Shown here piece by piece: positions 51,846 to 64,000 of a DNA stretch of 64,000 bases. Both the position numbers and the translations under genes were made by a program. The notes under the pieces were generated by a model, which was given only the letters and a program-made list of their open reading frames with translations, made no database searches and was not told the origin of the DNA. Position 1 is the first letter of the stretch. The number at the start of each line of letters is the position of its first letter. This DNA comes from Phoronis australis (lineage: Eukaryota > Animalia > Phoronida): positions 1 to 64,000 of the forward strand of contig NMRA01000102.1 in the NCBI GenBank assembly GCA_002633005.1. Reading direction: 5' to 3'.

Positions 51846-53650
51846 CTAGCCTTGGTGCAAAACTGTATACTAAATATACAGCTTTGCGCCGATGTGGGTG
51901 AAAAACTGACCAAAGAAAATTGACACAAAATTAGTATCATTAAAAACTACACTTCCTCAAGTAAAAAAATATTTACTAGTGTTGGAAAAGTTAGCGTTCT
52001 ACTGGTAACTGCAGCTTGACGTGTGGAAGGATCTTATGCGTTGATTTTCGGAGCCATGAAATATAGCGTCACTTATTGGCCAGTTTCTTTTTTCACCAAT
52101 TATTCAATCAATTGTTTTTCTTCCACAAGGTTGCGCACATGTCACAACAAATTATCGGAACTGGTTTCATTTCGTTATAATTTTTTAGTACTTTAATACC
52201 AGCAAACCGAATTTCAGAAAACATTTTGCTGCTGCAGAGCTGAGAGATGTCAGGCGTGTGTGCGTGGTGACAAGTGTATAGTTTTCAAAACGACAACATA
52301 CTTTTCATTGTTACAAAAGGCTGAGAATCTTCTTTCGGTTTCAACAAACGATCGAAATACCGATCCTTGTGCATTGGCACATGTTAGTGATAAACTGAAC
52401 TGTGCACAACTGTGAAAATAACAACAAAACGAACTGCGGGTTAGCACCAGGATAAAAGCAAGTTTTATTGTTTACTGTCTAAGGTTGATGTTCGAGATTT
52501 GACTCGTGAACATCTCCATAACTTCTCATGAGATAGCATGTTGTGAGAGTCCATTCCAGAGTGAAATAGTAGATGCGAAGAAAGAGTTTGTATAGTATGC
52601 AGTGTGAATGTATGATCTCTCAAAGGTATGAGAGTTGGAATTACGTGATCTAGAGATATGCAAGAGTGGAAGGTATGTGTAAGGAATGGCAACCAGGTTG
52701 TGTACGGTCTTGGAACACGAGGTGCAGTTTGTTTTGAGCATGTTTTTCTTGAAGAGTGGACCATTTCAGAGTGGTAAGCAAAGATCAAACAGAGGAGAAA
52801 CTGGAGTGGTCATTTAGGACGAACCTGGCTGCTCTACACTGTATTCTTTCTATCTTGTCAATATTGGAGCGTGTGGGGATCCCAGACAGAGGAGGAATAT
52901 TCAAGTTTGGGCCTCACTAGTGAAGTGTGGGCCAAGGCTTTCGTTTCATGACGTGCACATTTAAGGTTAATTAATTACGCAAGAAAATGATGTTTATTAG
53001 ATTGTTTTTCACTTAAAGGGCTGAAATAGGCAAGGTAATAGCCAGCCAGCTATCTGTATGAAGACAAACAGCAAGGTACTACTGTGTGTTCAGCACCGAC
53101 AGACCTCGAAAGTGCATACAGACAGGGTAGTTCTGCTCCTCACCTCACCATCAAACTTGTATCAACATGTAGAGCTAAAGACCAGATGGAGTGCATGCAA
53201 AATCTAGGAGTCAACCGACACTCACCTTGCCTGTTACAACAGGTGAAGTAAAAAACAATGCAAGAAACGTCATTTTCTTGCGTAACTCTCTACCTGTTGT
53301 AACAATTAAAAGTATTTCATCGTTTTGAAAACAGTATGCTCATGTCATGCGCCATTTCCTAAAATTTTGCGACATCTCTTGGGAGATGATGACAGCTTCG
53401 CAGCAGCAAAATTTATTCTGAAATTCGGTTTGCTGGTATTAAAATGCAAAAAACTTGTAACTAAATGAAACCTGCTCCGACAATTTGTTATGACATCTAC
53501 ACACTCTCGTGGAAGAACAGTTGATTGAAGAATAGTCGAAAAAAGAAACAGGCCAATAGGTGACGCAATATTTCATGGCGCTGAAAGTCGACGCAAAAGA
53601 TCGCTCCATAACATCAGCAGCAGAATAACAATAGAACACCATTTTTTCTA
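51846..53650. mobile_element. Non-autonomous DNA element family with CTAGCCTTGG terminus (possibly Academ-like)
   Basis: Terminus followed by a hairpin CAAAACTGTATACTAAATATACAGCTTTG. Related, rearranged pieces at about 15740-16000, 16550-16571, 48410-49445 and 57150-57600. Confidence 0.5.
52441..52975 (-). mobile_element. CR1/L2-group LINE 3' fragment
   Basis: KALAHTSLVRPKLEYSSSVWDPH...IQCRAARFV and YTNSFF..TISLWNGL. Confidence 0.8.
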
Positions 53651-53993
53651 ACACAGTTAAATAACTTAGTTCAGGGCCGTAGGTAGCGGGGAGCCAGGAG
53701 GGTGTGGGCATCTTCAAAAATTTGTAGGCATCATCTTTAAACCATGGCAACCAACATAGGTATAGGGCCACAGACAATCCATTTTGATAAACCAATTTGT
53801 TGGTTTCTCATTCACATGTTTATGTATCTAGGAAAATCGACAGATTCATAGATTATTTTTGCAATTAAAAGCTATTCTTGTAAGAATTTGTGATGTTTCA
53901 GTGTATTTAGTTGCAGCCTGAAGTTGGAAAAACACAATAATCCGATACCCAAATAGTAAAGTACATTTAGACGTTTTTTGCCTATCTAAAATA

Positions 53994-55508
53994 CCGTATT
54001 CGGCATACTAACCGCCCAAGGCGCTTAGAAAAGTTCGTTTCAGTGGAGGCGTTTATTATAACCCAAGGCCGTTGAAACCCGGTCTCCGCAACGGGTGAAA
54101 TCAGAAACTAAGATTCATCATATTTACGCTCTGTGACGTATTTGTAATCTATGAAGACTTTCTACAAAACTGTGGTGCATTGCTATCAAACTTTGCTGCT
54201 AAATTACGATCATTTTACAGGAAATTGTGCTGAAATCCTAGGGCGAAAACTCGCCTACTGACTGCCTCGCAATCGTCGATATGGCAACTTGAATGCTTGA
54301 ATAAAAATAAAGTTTCGACTCAAGCAAATTACCTGAAATCCTCCTTACGTTTTCCATGTAGCGTCCCTAAGATTTTTAAGTTCCCATGGAGTCGGGATCA
54401 CGGCAGGTTTAAGTACAAATCTGTGCCGACATCGTGCCATCTACATGTATGATCGGCAACGTGAGAAAAATGTCTGGACGAACACACGTTGTTGTCACGT
54501 GGCATTTGTTTTGAAGTTTGTCTGCCTTTGTGAGTAGCGAGCGCGTGCGTGTCACCAGAGTTCATTTGCCAGAGCAGAGACCATCTTTTGGCCAGTTCCA
54601 TGTAATCTAATGAGCTAGATGTGCATTTTACCTAAAGAAATTTGCACAAGCAGTAGGCCTAAACCAGAGCGTGTTTCATTCAGCACTTGCTGGTCTCGTG
54701 TGCTAAAAACGTTCGACATTTGTCTCGGTAAGGCCCATGGCCATATTAGTCGCCGTGTGGCTGGATGCATACGTGACTATCTGATAATTATTTTTCGGTG
54801 TAAGGGTGAGTCAGCATTCACTGTCAGTGATCATTTTATCGGATATTTGGCTTAAAAACACCAATTATGGTTAATCAACAATTCATCTTAAAAATAACGC
54901 AAACATTTTTTATAGTTTTAGAAACTGTCGGAAATTAGTGCCAATATTCATTTCTTGCCGATGCTATGCTACCCGTTTCATGAATGGATAGTTCCCAACT
55001 AATGTCTTTGTTGACAGGTTCATGTATGGAGCACGCGCTTCCTGGCCACGTGCTTAAAACACTGGCCAAGCTTTTTATTAGTCTTTGATTCGCGGTTTTC
55101 ACATGTACAAAGAAATTTGGATTCCTGTTGAAAGCGGGAAATATCTACAAAGCAATCCCGTAGACAAATACACTACTTTTGTTCTGAAAGGCCTGACCTT
55201 TGGTCCTCGCAAGATCAGCAGAACTTTTGTGTTCGTTATGAGGCATGGCAGAAGTTTGAAGTGTATAGTCACGGCTAAATACCGACATAGCGGCGAGGTT
55301 TATGGTCTACATATTCTGCGCACAATGATTTTTTTCAGGACTGTCGGATATTATTAATAAATTGAAGACGTTACTGTAGAATTTTAGGACTGTAGGTAAG
55401 GCATTTTTCGCACGTACATGTTCATGGACTGGGCACTTATTTTAGCAAAGTCTGAAAACATGTGGGGGGTGCTCATAGGGGCATGGGCTGTTATTACGGC
55501 GAATACGG
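53994..55508. mobile_element. Same Tc2/pogo-like family, uninterrupted copy with HIRAN-like fragment
   Basis: TA|CCGTATTCG ... CGAATACGG|TA. Contains frame 55085..55357 IRGFHMYKEIWIP...PRKISR...CIVT. Confidence 0.8.
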
Positions 55509-58046
55509 TAATTGTCAAACACATTGATGACATTTGGAGTTCCCAAAAATTTACTCACAATTCAAATGGCAATAAATTCATTGTTTTTTGAATTAGGCAC
55601 AAGATTTGTTGTTTAAACTCACAAACAGCAGATCATAAAGGAATTAAGTCATTAAATCAAAGTAAACGCATTGCTCATGGAATGATTGTTGGCTTCTGAT
55701 TTACATGTTTATGTATCTCCAAACATCGACTGATTGATAGATGATTTTTGACAATTGTGTAAGAAATGGCGATTCTTCACTGAACTTAGTTGCAAGCCGA
55801 CAATGGGAAATTTCGATCTACCATCAGTTCCTCAAATAGCAAAGTACACTTAACGATATTTGTCTAATTTGAAAGATGTGTCAAGGATACTGATGAATGT
55901 AGGACAGCTCTACAAATTGTACACAAATGTTCTCACAATTAAAATGGTAACGAATTATTCAAAAATGTTCTCACAGTTCAAATGGTAATAAATTGCACAA
56001 AAATGTTCTCACAATTCAAATGGTAATAAATTGTTTATTGACTTAAGAACTACATCAGTGGTTTAAATTCACAAACCGTAGATCGAAAAAGAAGTTCAAG
56101 TCCTTAAATAAATAAAATTAAACTCATTACTTATGAACTTGGAAAGGTTATCTTTGCAATTCCTTGATGTTTTTAGTTTCCAGCAGTATTGGGCAATAAA
56201 TATTTATTCTTCAAAAATGAATCGTTGGGTCTCTATTCCCGAGCATATACTACACAGACGGAATGCGTCATGACTGACGCACCAACATTAAAAATAATGT
56301 ATTACCATGCAGAAGGCCCGCGTAGAATCTGAGTGATTCACAGGAACTGAATTTGAACTCCAAGCCTTAAAGTGTGTGCATTTTGGGACGCAATCTGTAC
56401 CATTTTCCAGCTAACAGAAATTGAAATACCGGCTGTTTCAACCAGGAATTTTGAAATAACCCAAAGGCAATATACTAGGTACCTTGGACCTTTTCAAAAA
56501 ATTCCTTCAAAGGATGACCCCAATAAACAAACTTTTCCCGAAACTGGATCATACTAAAAACGAATCTTGACCTTAGAGGCAACGCAGACAGATAGGTAGG
56601 AGCCAAGATGCCTATCTCAAGTGAATCATAGCTGAGCTGACCAGCGACTAGCCTAGTTCTCCGAATTTCGTACTTTCTCTCCATGAAAATTTTGTTGGTT
56701 CAGGGGTTACTTAAATCCTGATGGCTGCATCCTCAGGATTGCCGTCCCCCCACATATCACCTATGGAAGACGTGGGGGGTTCAGTACAAATTTGGCGGAA
56801 CCAATGTTATGTTCGTGGTTTTCATTAAACTTGCAGAGTTCAAAACATAACTTTATATGGCACTGGTAGCTAGAATTATAGATTGTGTAAGCTGTGCAAA
56901 ACAATTCTCTGAAATCTGATTATGACTCATGAGCATATGATCTCTACTAGTTCTGACAAACAAGTTTTCAGTTGAGAGTTAGACAGCATAGTGAATAGAT
57001 GTATCTTGTAGATCTCTAGAATAAACCCACGTAAAGCCGTAACACAGAGTTGTGTTTGAAAGAGGTTTTCATACACAGAGGACGGGGGTAGGTAGTGGCG
57101 ATAGGAAGGGAGGGGTAGTTCGGTGAAGTCGAATTGGTTTGCCTTCTTACGCCACGGGCCTGTAGTTTACTCAAGGAAAAGTCTACTCTTTAATGACACT
57201 AATTTTGTGTCACGTTTTATCTGGTCGGTTTTTATCTTCATCGGCGCAAAGCTGTATTAGTACACAGCTTTGCGCCAAGGCTAGGTGAATACCAGTTGAC
57301 TCCCAGCTAGATTTTGCATGCACCCCTGCCAGTCTTTAGCTCTTCATGTTGATATTACCACTAGGTGATGAGCCAAGCTACCCAGGCTGAGTGCAATTTC
57401 GAGGTCTGTTGGAGCTCAACACTGCACCTAGCTGTAATTTAGTCTTCATACGTCTAGCTGGTTGGCTATCCTATTCCTAGACTAGTAGAGTTACCATAGT
57501 AAAATCCACGAGGTTCAGATTTTGGCAGCAACCTGGCGACTTTGCAATCCAGTTTGATTTAGACATTGCGATGTTTTATCACCATTGCCGGCCATTCCGC
57601 TGATTTGCATCACATCATATATTAACAGATGTAATCATGGTGTCTTCTGATGTTCATGCACGAAACACGGCCTCTGTTATGTTTACGTCACTTGACTGTT
57701 CGTCGTCATGCTTTGCTGAGAAAATGTAGCAAGTGTTTACTTCCCGTTCTCAACTCTCGGTTGAGGAGGAGAAAACGCGATAGTTTGAGTTCCACTACAT
57801 TACAAAATGCTCTTTCAACTGAAGGTAAATGACTATAGTATAGCTGATTCCTCAAGATAAAGTAAAGCATATGAATTTTTTCTTTTAAAAATATATTTAC
57901 ACTAAATATTTAGTTACTAAGTGAAATTTTCAAAATAATTTAATAAACATATCTTACATTGACTCTGTCTTTTGGAAAAAATTGTTGTCAAGAAACAATA
58001 TGGCGGTCATCGTGTAGCTGTCAAACACTAAAACAATAAAGCGAAG

Positions 58047-58104
58047 ATGAATGCAAAGCAGAGCGTTTCAAAGTCAAATGCCAAAGGAAGACCTAAGTCT
58101 TCAG
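58047..58104 (+). CDS. Candidate first coding exon of an unidentified gene
   Basis: aagATG MNAKQSVSKSNAKGRPKSS + CAG|gtaggc donor, phase 1, in frame with the candidate exon at 62927. Confidence 0.35.
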
Positions 58105-58851
58105 GTAGGCGATATCTAAATCATTTACGGAAATATTTGTTATGGAAATGGAATTTGTTGTTATCAATGTTATCGCCATTATTGTTGAATCTGAAAGTTC
58201 AAATTCGGAAGTTACAAGGCAATTGTAGCTAGGATCAGCCTTACAGCAACAGGTCTATGACACAGTGCAACGAAGTGCTGTAATGTAACAAGTGAGGCAC
58301 AACACGGGCTGTGCAGCATTAGAGCAAGGACAGTGCTACGAATCTTCTCACCAGTTCTTATATATGAGTGAATCATGATATAGGAAAATGCACCAATCAG
58401 TTTGTCAGGGAGTCTATTATGATAATAAATATTATTGAATGAGTATTGATCACCAGATATTTTGATGCTGAGGCCTGAGGGTTCTCTTCTACAGTGAATA
58501 GAGGGTATCAAACCATCGTAATATGTGGGGCTAGATACTCGAGATTATCACAATAGCAAATTATTCCTGCCAGGTTTTTTTCTGTTCGGAATCAATCCTA
58601 GTATCAGTGCGGTAATTTTGTTCATGGCTGCATGTAAGGAAAAGCATCCATATCTGATTACTCTTAGGAAATTTCATGAAACAGGGCTAAGAAAGATTGG
58701 TCTTAAGTCAGTGGCGGATCTAGGATATCACAAGGGGGGGGGCCCAACATTTTGTCCGGTTGGAAGCATTTGCGCAAACTGAACCACGAATGTAGATGCG
58801 CATAGCACCGAATGGGGGGAGGTCGGGAGGGGGGTTTGCCCAGGAAATTTT

Positions 58852-59641
58852 NNNNNNNNNNNNNNNNNNNNNNNNNNNNNNNNNNNNNNNNNNNNNNNNN
58901 NNNNNNNNNNNNNNNNNNNNNNNNNNNNNNNNNNNNNNNNNNNNNNNNNNNNNNNNNNNNNNNNNNNNNNNNNNNNNNNNNNNNNNNNNNNNNNNNNNNN
59001 NNNNNNNNNNNNNNNNNNNNNNNNNNNNNNNNNNNNNNNNNNNNNNNNNNNNNNNNNNNNNNNNNNNNNNNNNNNNNNNNNNNNNNNNNNNNNNNNNNNN
59101 NNNNNNNNNNNNNNNNNNNNNNNNNNNNNNNNNNNNNNNNNNNNNNNNNNNNNNNNNNNNNNNNNNNNNNNNNNNNNNNNNNNNNNNNNNNNNNNNNNNN
59201 NNNNNNNNNNNNNNNNNNNNNNNNNNNNNNNNNNNNNNNNNNNNNNNNNNNNNNNNNNNNNNNNNNNNNNNNNNNNNNNNNNNNNNNNNNNNNNNNNNNN
59301 NNNNNNNNNNNNNNNNNNNNNNNNNNNNNNNNNNNNNNNNNNNNNNNNNNNNNNNNNNNNNNNNNNNNNNNNNNNNNNNNNNNNNNNNNNNNNNNNNNNN
59401 NNNNNNNNNNNNNNNNNNNNNNNNNNNNNNNNNNNNNNNNNNNNNNNNNNNNNNNNNNNNNNNNNNNNNNNNNNNNNNNNNNNNNNNNNNNNNNNNNNNN
59501 NNNNNNNNNNNNNNNNNNNNNNNNNNNNNNNNNNNNNNNNNNNNNNNNNNNNNNNNNNNNNNNNNNNNNNNNNNNNNNNNNNNNNNNNNNNNNNNNNNNN
59601 NNNNNNNNNNNNNNNNNNNNNNNNNNNNNNNNNNNNNNNNN
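58852..59641. other. Assembly gap
   Basis: Run of N. Confidence 1.
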
Positions 59642-60519
59642 ATTTTGGGAACTGAAATAGGGACTGATCGAAGAAAAAGTTTCATAACGGGAGTATTTGT
59701 TCGAGTTGGAAGGACTTAAACACATCGACAACCTCCTAAGGTGTTCCTCTATGCGCAAAAGGTATTTATAACAACGTGACTTTGATGGTTTAGTCGGTGC
59801 GAGGCATAATTCGCCGAAAAGCTTCCGGCGTACAGAGCGCCTATAGCCTCTCCATCGCCTCTGCTTCGGGCCAACAGAGGCGATGGTCATTGCCTAAATT
59901 TTGGTCTAAGACAAATTTGTCTTAAGTTAGCCCAATTTTGGTCTAAGTTAATAGTTTCATGAAAAGGTTCCCAGGTGCTGGGCACCTATTTAATGTAGTT
60001 GTAATGTTGACAATAGATTTTTTTACCTGTGATTTCTGTCATTTTATCTGAATTAGTTGACCAAGTATTTCTAAAGAAAATGCATAGTTATCTCACAATT
60101 GTATGTTAAAATATTAGAGATAAAAATTTCAGTGTATACTTGTACTTTTCATTTTGTTTTTACATTACGTAGATTGAAACAAAATTTTTTATTTATTTTA
60201 TTTGTTTATCAATTAGATTCATTCATTCGGTCTGTGTAATGACCCTCTTTTATTGTTTTGATTATACTTGGAAAATAAATCCGTCCGTAAGATACCTGTA
60301 TTGGTTCCATTGGGTTTTTGAAACGCTGGTCTGAATGACCAACTGCTTAATTAATTCCGGTCCCCAAAAAAATTGCACGTCATTTCCTAAGCTGACTTTC
60401 TTGGATGAAAATTGAAGCAAAGACGTATGACCTATGTCAGATAATATACATTAACATGTAGCTCTGTTTTTTCCACTTGTTTTTTCGATCGTTTAACTCA
60501 AAATTTCAAGTTTGTGGTT

Positions 60520-60725
60520 GTTGTGTGTATAAGTAAAAACAACTTAGAGACCTGATATTAAAGAGTTTGAACGTTTTGAACTGTGTTCGACATTTCTTTG
60601 TCAACGAATGGTAGGGGGCGTCCTGGTTTCCGTTCATTCTGTTCTCCGGAAGTAGTATGGCGTCATAGATGGGCGGAAGTTGCAAACCTTGATCACGGTC
60701 CATGGTGAGTTTGTTGGTTTTGATG
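60520..60725 (-). mobile_element. Penelope-like 3' end fragment
   Basis: IKTNKLTMDRDQGLQLPPIYDAIL, then a decayed hammerhead-like TTGACAAAGAA...TTCAAAACGTT. Confidence 0.6.
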
Positions 60726-60727
60726 TA

Positions 60728-61596
60728 CCGTATTCACCGTAATAACCGACCAGGGCGCTTAGAAAAGTTCAGTTCAGGGGGGGCGCTTTTTTAACCCAAG
60801 GCGGTTGAAACCCGGTCTCCGAAACGGGTGAAATCGGAAGCTAAGATTCATCAAATTTATGCTCTGTGACATATCTGTAATCTATGGAAGACTTTCAACA
60901 AAACTGTGGTGCATTGCAATCAAACTTTGCTGCTAAATTACGATCATTTTACAGAAAATTGTGCTGAAATCACCGTCTTTGATATGGCAACCTCAATGCT
61001 TGAATAAAAATACTTTCGATTCAAGCAAATTATCTGAAATCTTCATTAAGTTTTCTAAGTAGCATCCATAAGATTTTTTTTAAGTTTCCGTGGAGTCTGG
61101 ATTAACGGCAGGTTTAAGTACATATCTGTGCAACATCGTGCCATCTTCATGTATGATCGGCAGCACGACGAGAAAAATGTCTGGACGAACACACATGCTG
61201 TTGTCACATGACTTTTGTTTTGAAGTTCGTCTGCGTTTGTGAGTAAGCGAACGCGTGCGTGTCACCAGAGTTTGCCAAAGCAAAGACCGTCTTTTGGCCA
61301 GAGCCACGCAATCTAACGAGCTAGATCTGATGTGCATTAATTGTGTCTAAAGAAATTTGCACAAGCAGCGGGCCTAACCCAGAGCGTGTTTCATTCAGCA
61401 CTTGCCAGTCTCGTGCTAAAAACGTTCGACATTTGTCTCGGTAAGGTTCATATTAGTCGCCGTGTAGCTGGATGCGTACGTAGCTACCTGACAACTATTT
61501 TTCGGTGTAAGGGTGTGTAAGCATTCACTGTCAGTTGTCATTTTATTGGAACTTCGGCTTAAAAACACCAATTATGGTTAATCAAACAATCCATCT
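60728..61596. mobile_element. Truncated copy of the Tc2/pogo-like family
   Basis: TA|CCGTATTCACCG start; aligns to 53994-54885; second TIR absent. Confidence 0.75.
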
Positions 61597-62926
61597 CAGG
61601 GTGTTAATGAGTTTCATACAGGTGTTGATGTCATAAGGCTTGTCCACTCGACATATGAAAACCAATATTTTGGTTTATGTTGAATAGTTTGATTTCTGAT
61701 ATAGCATATAAGCATTTCAAGCATACTTAACTGATCTAGCCCAATGCAATACATGCAAGTGTTCTTTTTCATGTAATTTCTCACAACTGGGTTGAATAGT
61801 TATACATTTTTTCACTCAAAGATAATTGCTGAAATTAACATTTTTTAAAATTTCCCTATTTCATTACAAATGATGAAAAAATTTGCTGTGTTTTAGGGAT
61901 GAAATTATGGAATGGCGAATAAAAAATTATAATTTTTTTCTGCACTTACTAAAGAATTTAAAGCAATGTTTTGTCAGTCGTCGATTTTTTAAGCTTCTGC
62001 GACACCAAAAACTGTGGTGTGTGTCTCTATCATATGTGCGTCCATGTATCGTTCAATGTTTTCCGTCGTTTGCCTTAAGATTGACACGCATCACCATGTG
62101 TTACATGAACAAGTCAACTATGGCTGTATTGTATTCAATTCTCAAGTAAGCCCAATGGTCTATTTTATAAAATGTGTCTTAAAACTTAAGACCGATATTT
62201 GGTCTTGCACTCCATGTAACTAGTTCTGAAAAATAATTAAATCTCACATGAGCAAAACTGTGGTCTCTGAGACTATAACCACAAGTGCTTGTTACTGAGA
62301 TAATTTCTATTAATTATTGCTGCACTAGGATGTGCTGTCTTTTTTACTTGGCTAAACTTCTATTTTGCAGTTGTTCCAAATTTCTGTTCTAGGTCACTTT
62401 CATGAAAAAGACCCTTGTAAAGAATTACATTTTTCAAAGTATTGTTGAATGACTACTCACAATACCAAAAGCTATGATAAAAAGTCAATATTTTTGTTGA
62501 GGAATTTTACAAAAATCCCATTTCCCATCATGCCACGAATGTTGGTGTAGAGTTGCTTGCAGTTACACTAACTTTTGATACCATGCATAGTTTCTCTGTC
62601 TTACCTTCTCTCTTTGTCAGCTATAATCATAATGACAACTTAAGACTTTGTCAAGATAGATATTCAATATGCTTTGTCAGCTTCTTGGAGATAAATCCAA
62701 TTTCTCTGCAAGTCAGTCAATTCCTTCAGATTAACAAAGCCGATTAATGCTTGGTAGAGAATTACTGGATTATAGCTGTCTTGCTACTAATTATTTATTA
62801 GATAATTTTGTTCTTGGTAACTATAAGTCTGTTGCTATAGACTTCATCAGTTGTCCAACAATCTCAGCACTATAAAGGACAAATTTATTATTGCTGATCA
62901 CTTTGCTATTTGAAGAATAATACTAG

Positions 62927-63127
62927 ACCAGCGAGCAGAAATGAAATCGAGTTTCGGCAGTCATTCCGGTAGGAGTCGTAACGGCCGCGACCATTTGTCT
63001 CCATTAAAGGAAACCTCATCTAATGCCAGCAGTGCAAGATCGTCGAGCAGCCGAACTCAGTCTACTTTAGGACAAGAGCTTACTGTGAAATCGGTGCAAG
63101 GATCGTTAAGGGCATTCTCCAGACTGA
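62927..63127 (+). CDS. Candidate exon of an unidentified gene, Ser/Arg-rich
   Basis: GC/CpG-richer open frame (D)QRAEMKSSFGSHSGRSRNGRDHLSPLKETSSNASSARSSSSRTQSTLGQELTVKSVQGSLRAFSRL between a weak tactag| acceptor and a possible |gtaatt donor. Confidence 0.4.
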
Positions 63128-63287
63128 GTAATTACGTTTTTCATGATTTATTTGATGTTTGGATTATTTTCATGTTGATTGGATATTTGGATTTAATTCA
63201 ATGACCTTGCCTGTTGCTTGAAGTCACTTGTGATACTCCTCAGTGTTGGTAGCATATGCGATTGGGAAGTTAGTCTATCATTTTGTA

Positions 63288-63545
63288 TGCATATAGCTCT
63301 CATCTATGTCTGGGCAACATGTACATGTGTGGGTGCATATAGCTCTCATCTATGTCTGGGCAACATGTACATGTGTGGGTGCAATTATTGCCCTCATTTC
63401 TTTCTTGGCAACATGTACATACATGGGTGCATATTGCCCTCATCTGTCTGGGCGACATCTTCATAATTATGTGGGTGCATATTACCCTCATCTCTGTCTA
63501 GGTGACATATACATATGTCGGTACATATTGCCCTCATCTCTGTCT
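63288..63545. repeat. Degenerate tandem repeat, unit about 46 bp
   Basis: TGCATATAGCTCTCATCTATGTCTGGGCAACATGTACATGTGTGGG. Confidence 0.8.
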
Positions 63546-64000
63546 ATTTATTTATTTATTTATTTATTTATTGTGATATTTAAAATGAGGGCGACCTCTT
63601 CAGTGATAGCAGTGCTTTCCAAGAGGGCCCTCAATAACAAAAGTAGTAATGTAATACAATGAAGTAATAAAACAACAATTAAATATACGTGAAAAAGATA
63701 CAATTAAAACAGGTTGACAATTAAGACAATAAATAAATGACAAACAATGGTGAAAATTTAACAAAGAGAGATGAAATGACTCTAAACAGTGAGAGTATTT
63801 ATGTCAGTGAGAAAAAAAATGACATGATTAAGACAGGTAGTGTATAAAAAGGTTAGGTAAATTACAGCCACTTTTTAATATTAAGTTTAAAAGTATTTAT
63901 TGTATTTGACTGTTTAATTTATGGGGTAATAGAATTCCATATTGTAGCAGCAGCATAGATAAAAGATCTCTTGCCGGTCTCGGTTTTAATTTTTTTAAGA
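63545..64000 (-). mobile_element. L2/CR1-group LINE 3' end with (AAAT)n tail
   Basis: KTETGKRSFIYAAATIWNSI on the minus strand; (ATTT)n at 63546-63571. Confidence 0.7.

Noticed and set aside
50132-59890. Long ORF-track entries at 50.1-50.8 kb and 58.7-59.9 kb
   Set aside because: They consist almost entirely of N-gap translations.

Overview
AT-rich, intron- and repeat-rich animal genomic scaffold, probably a marine invertebrate; it is not prokaryotic, and most ORF-track entries are spurious. Two spliced genes were reconstructed by hand. The first is the 3' part of a TDRKH/Papi-type Tudor gene (+ strand, five exons, 6801..23190). The second is a complete, convergent PEMT gene (- strand, six coding exons, 31380..25267, 199 aa), which the ORF track misses entirely. 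A possible third gene starts near 57.7-63.1 kb. The rest is minisatellites, two N-gaps and layered transposon debris: two THAP-bearing Kolobok-like elements, Penelope-like elements with hammerhead-type motifs, Tc2/pogo-like elements carrying a HIRAN-like fragment, Helentron-like repeats, a tRNA SINE, and LINE, piggyBac and Tc1 remnants. Best candidate for something new: a P-element-like insertion (18850..20518) carrying a small intronless PHD-finger passenger ORF that ends in two tandem replication-dependent-histone-type 3' stem-loops plus a purine-rich downstream element. All calls are by eye, with no database searches, and repeat boundaries are approximate unless termini are quoted.
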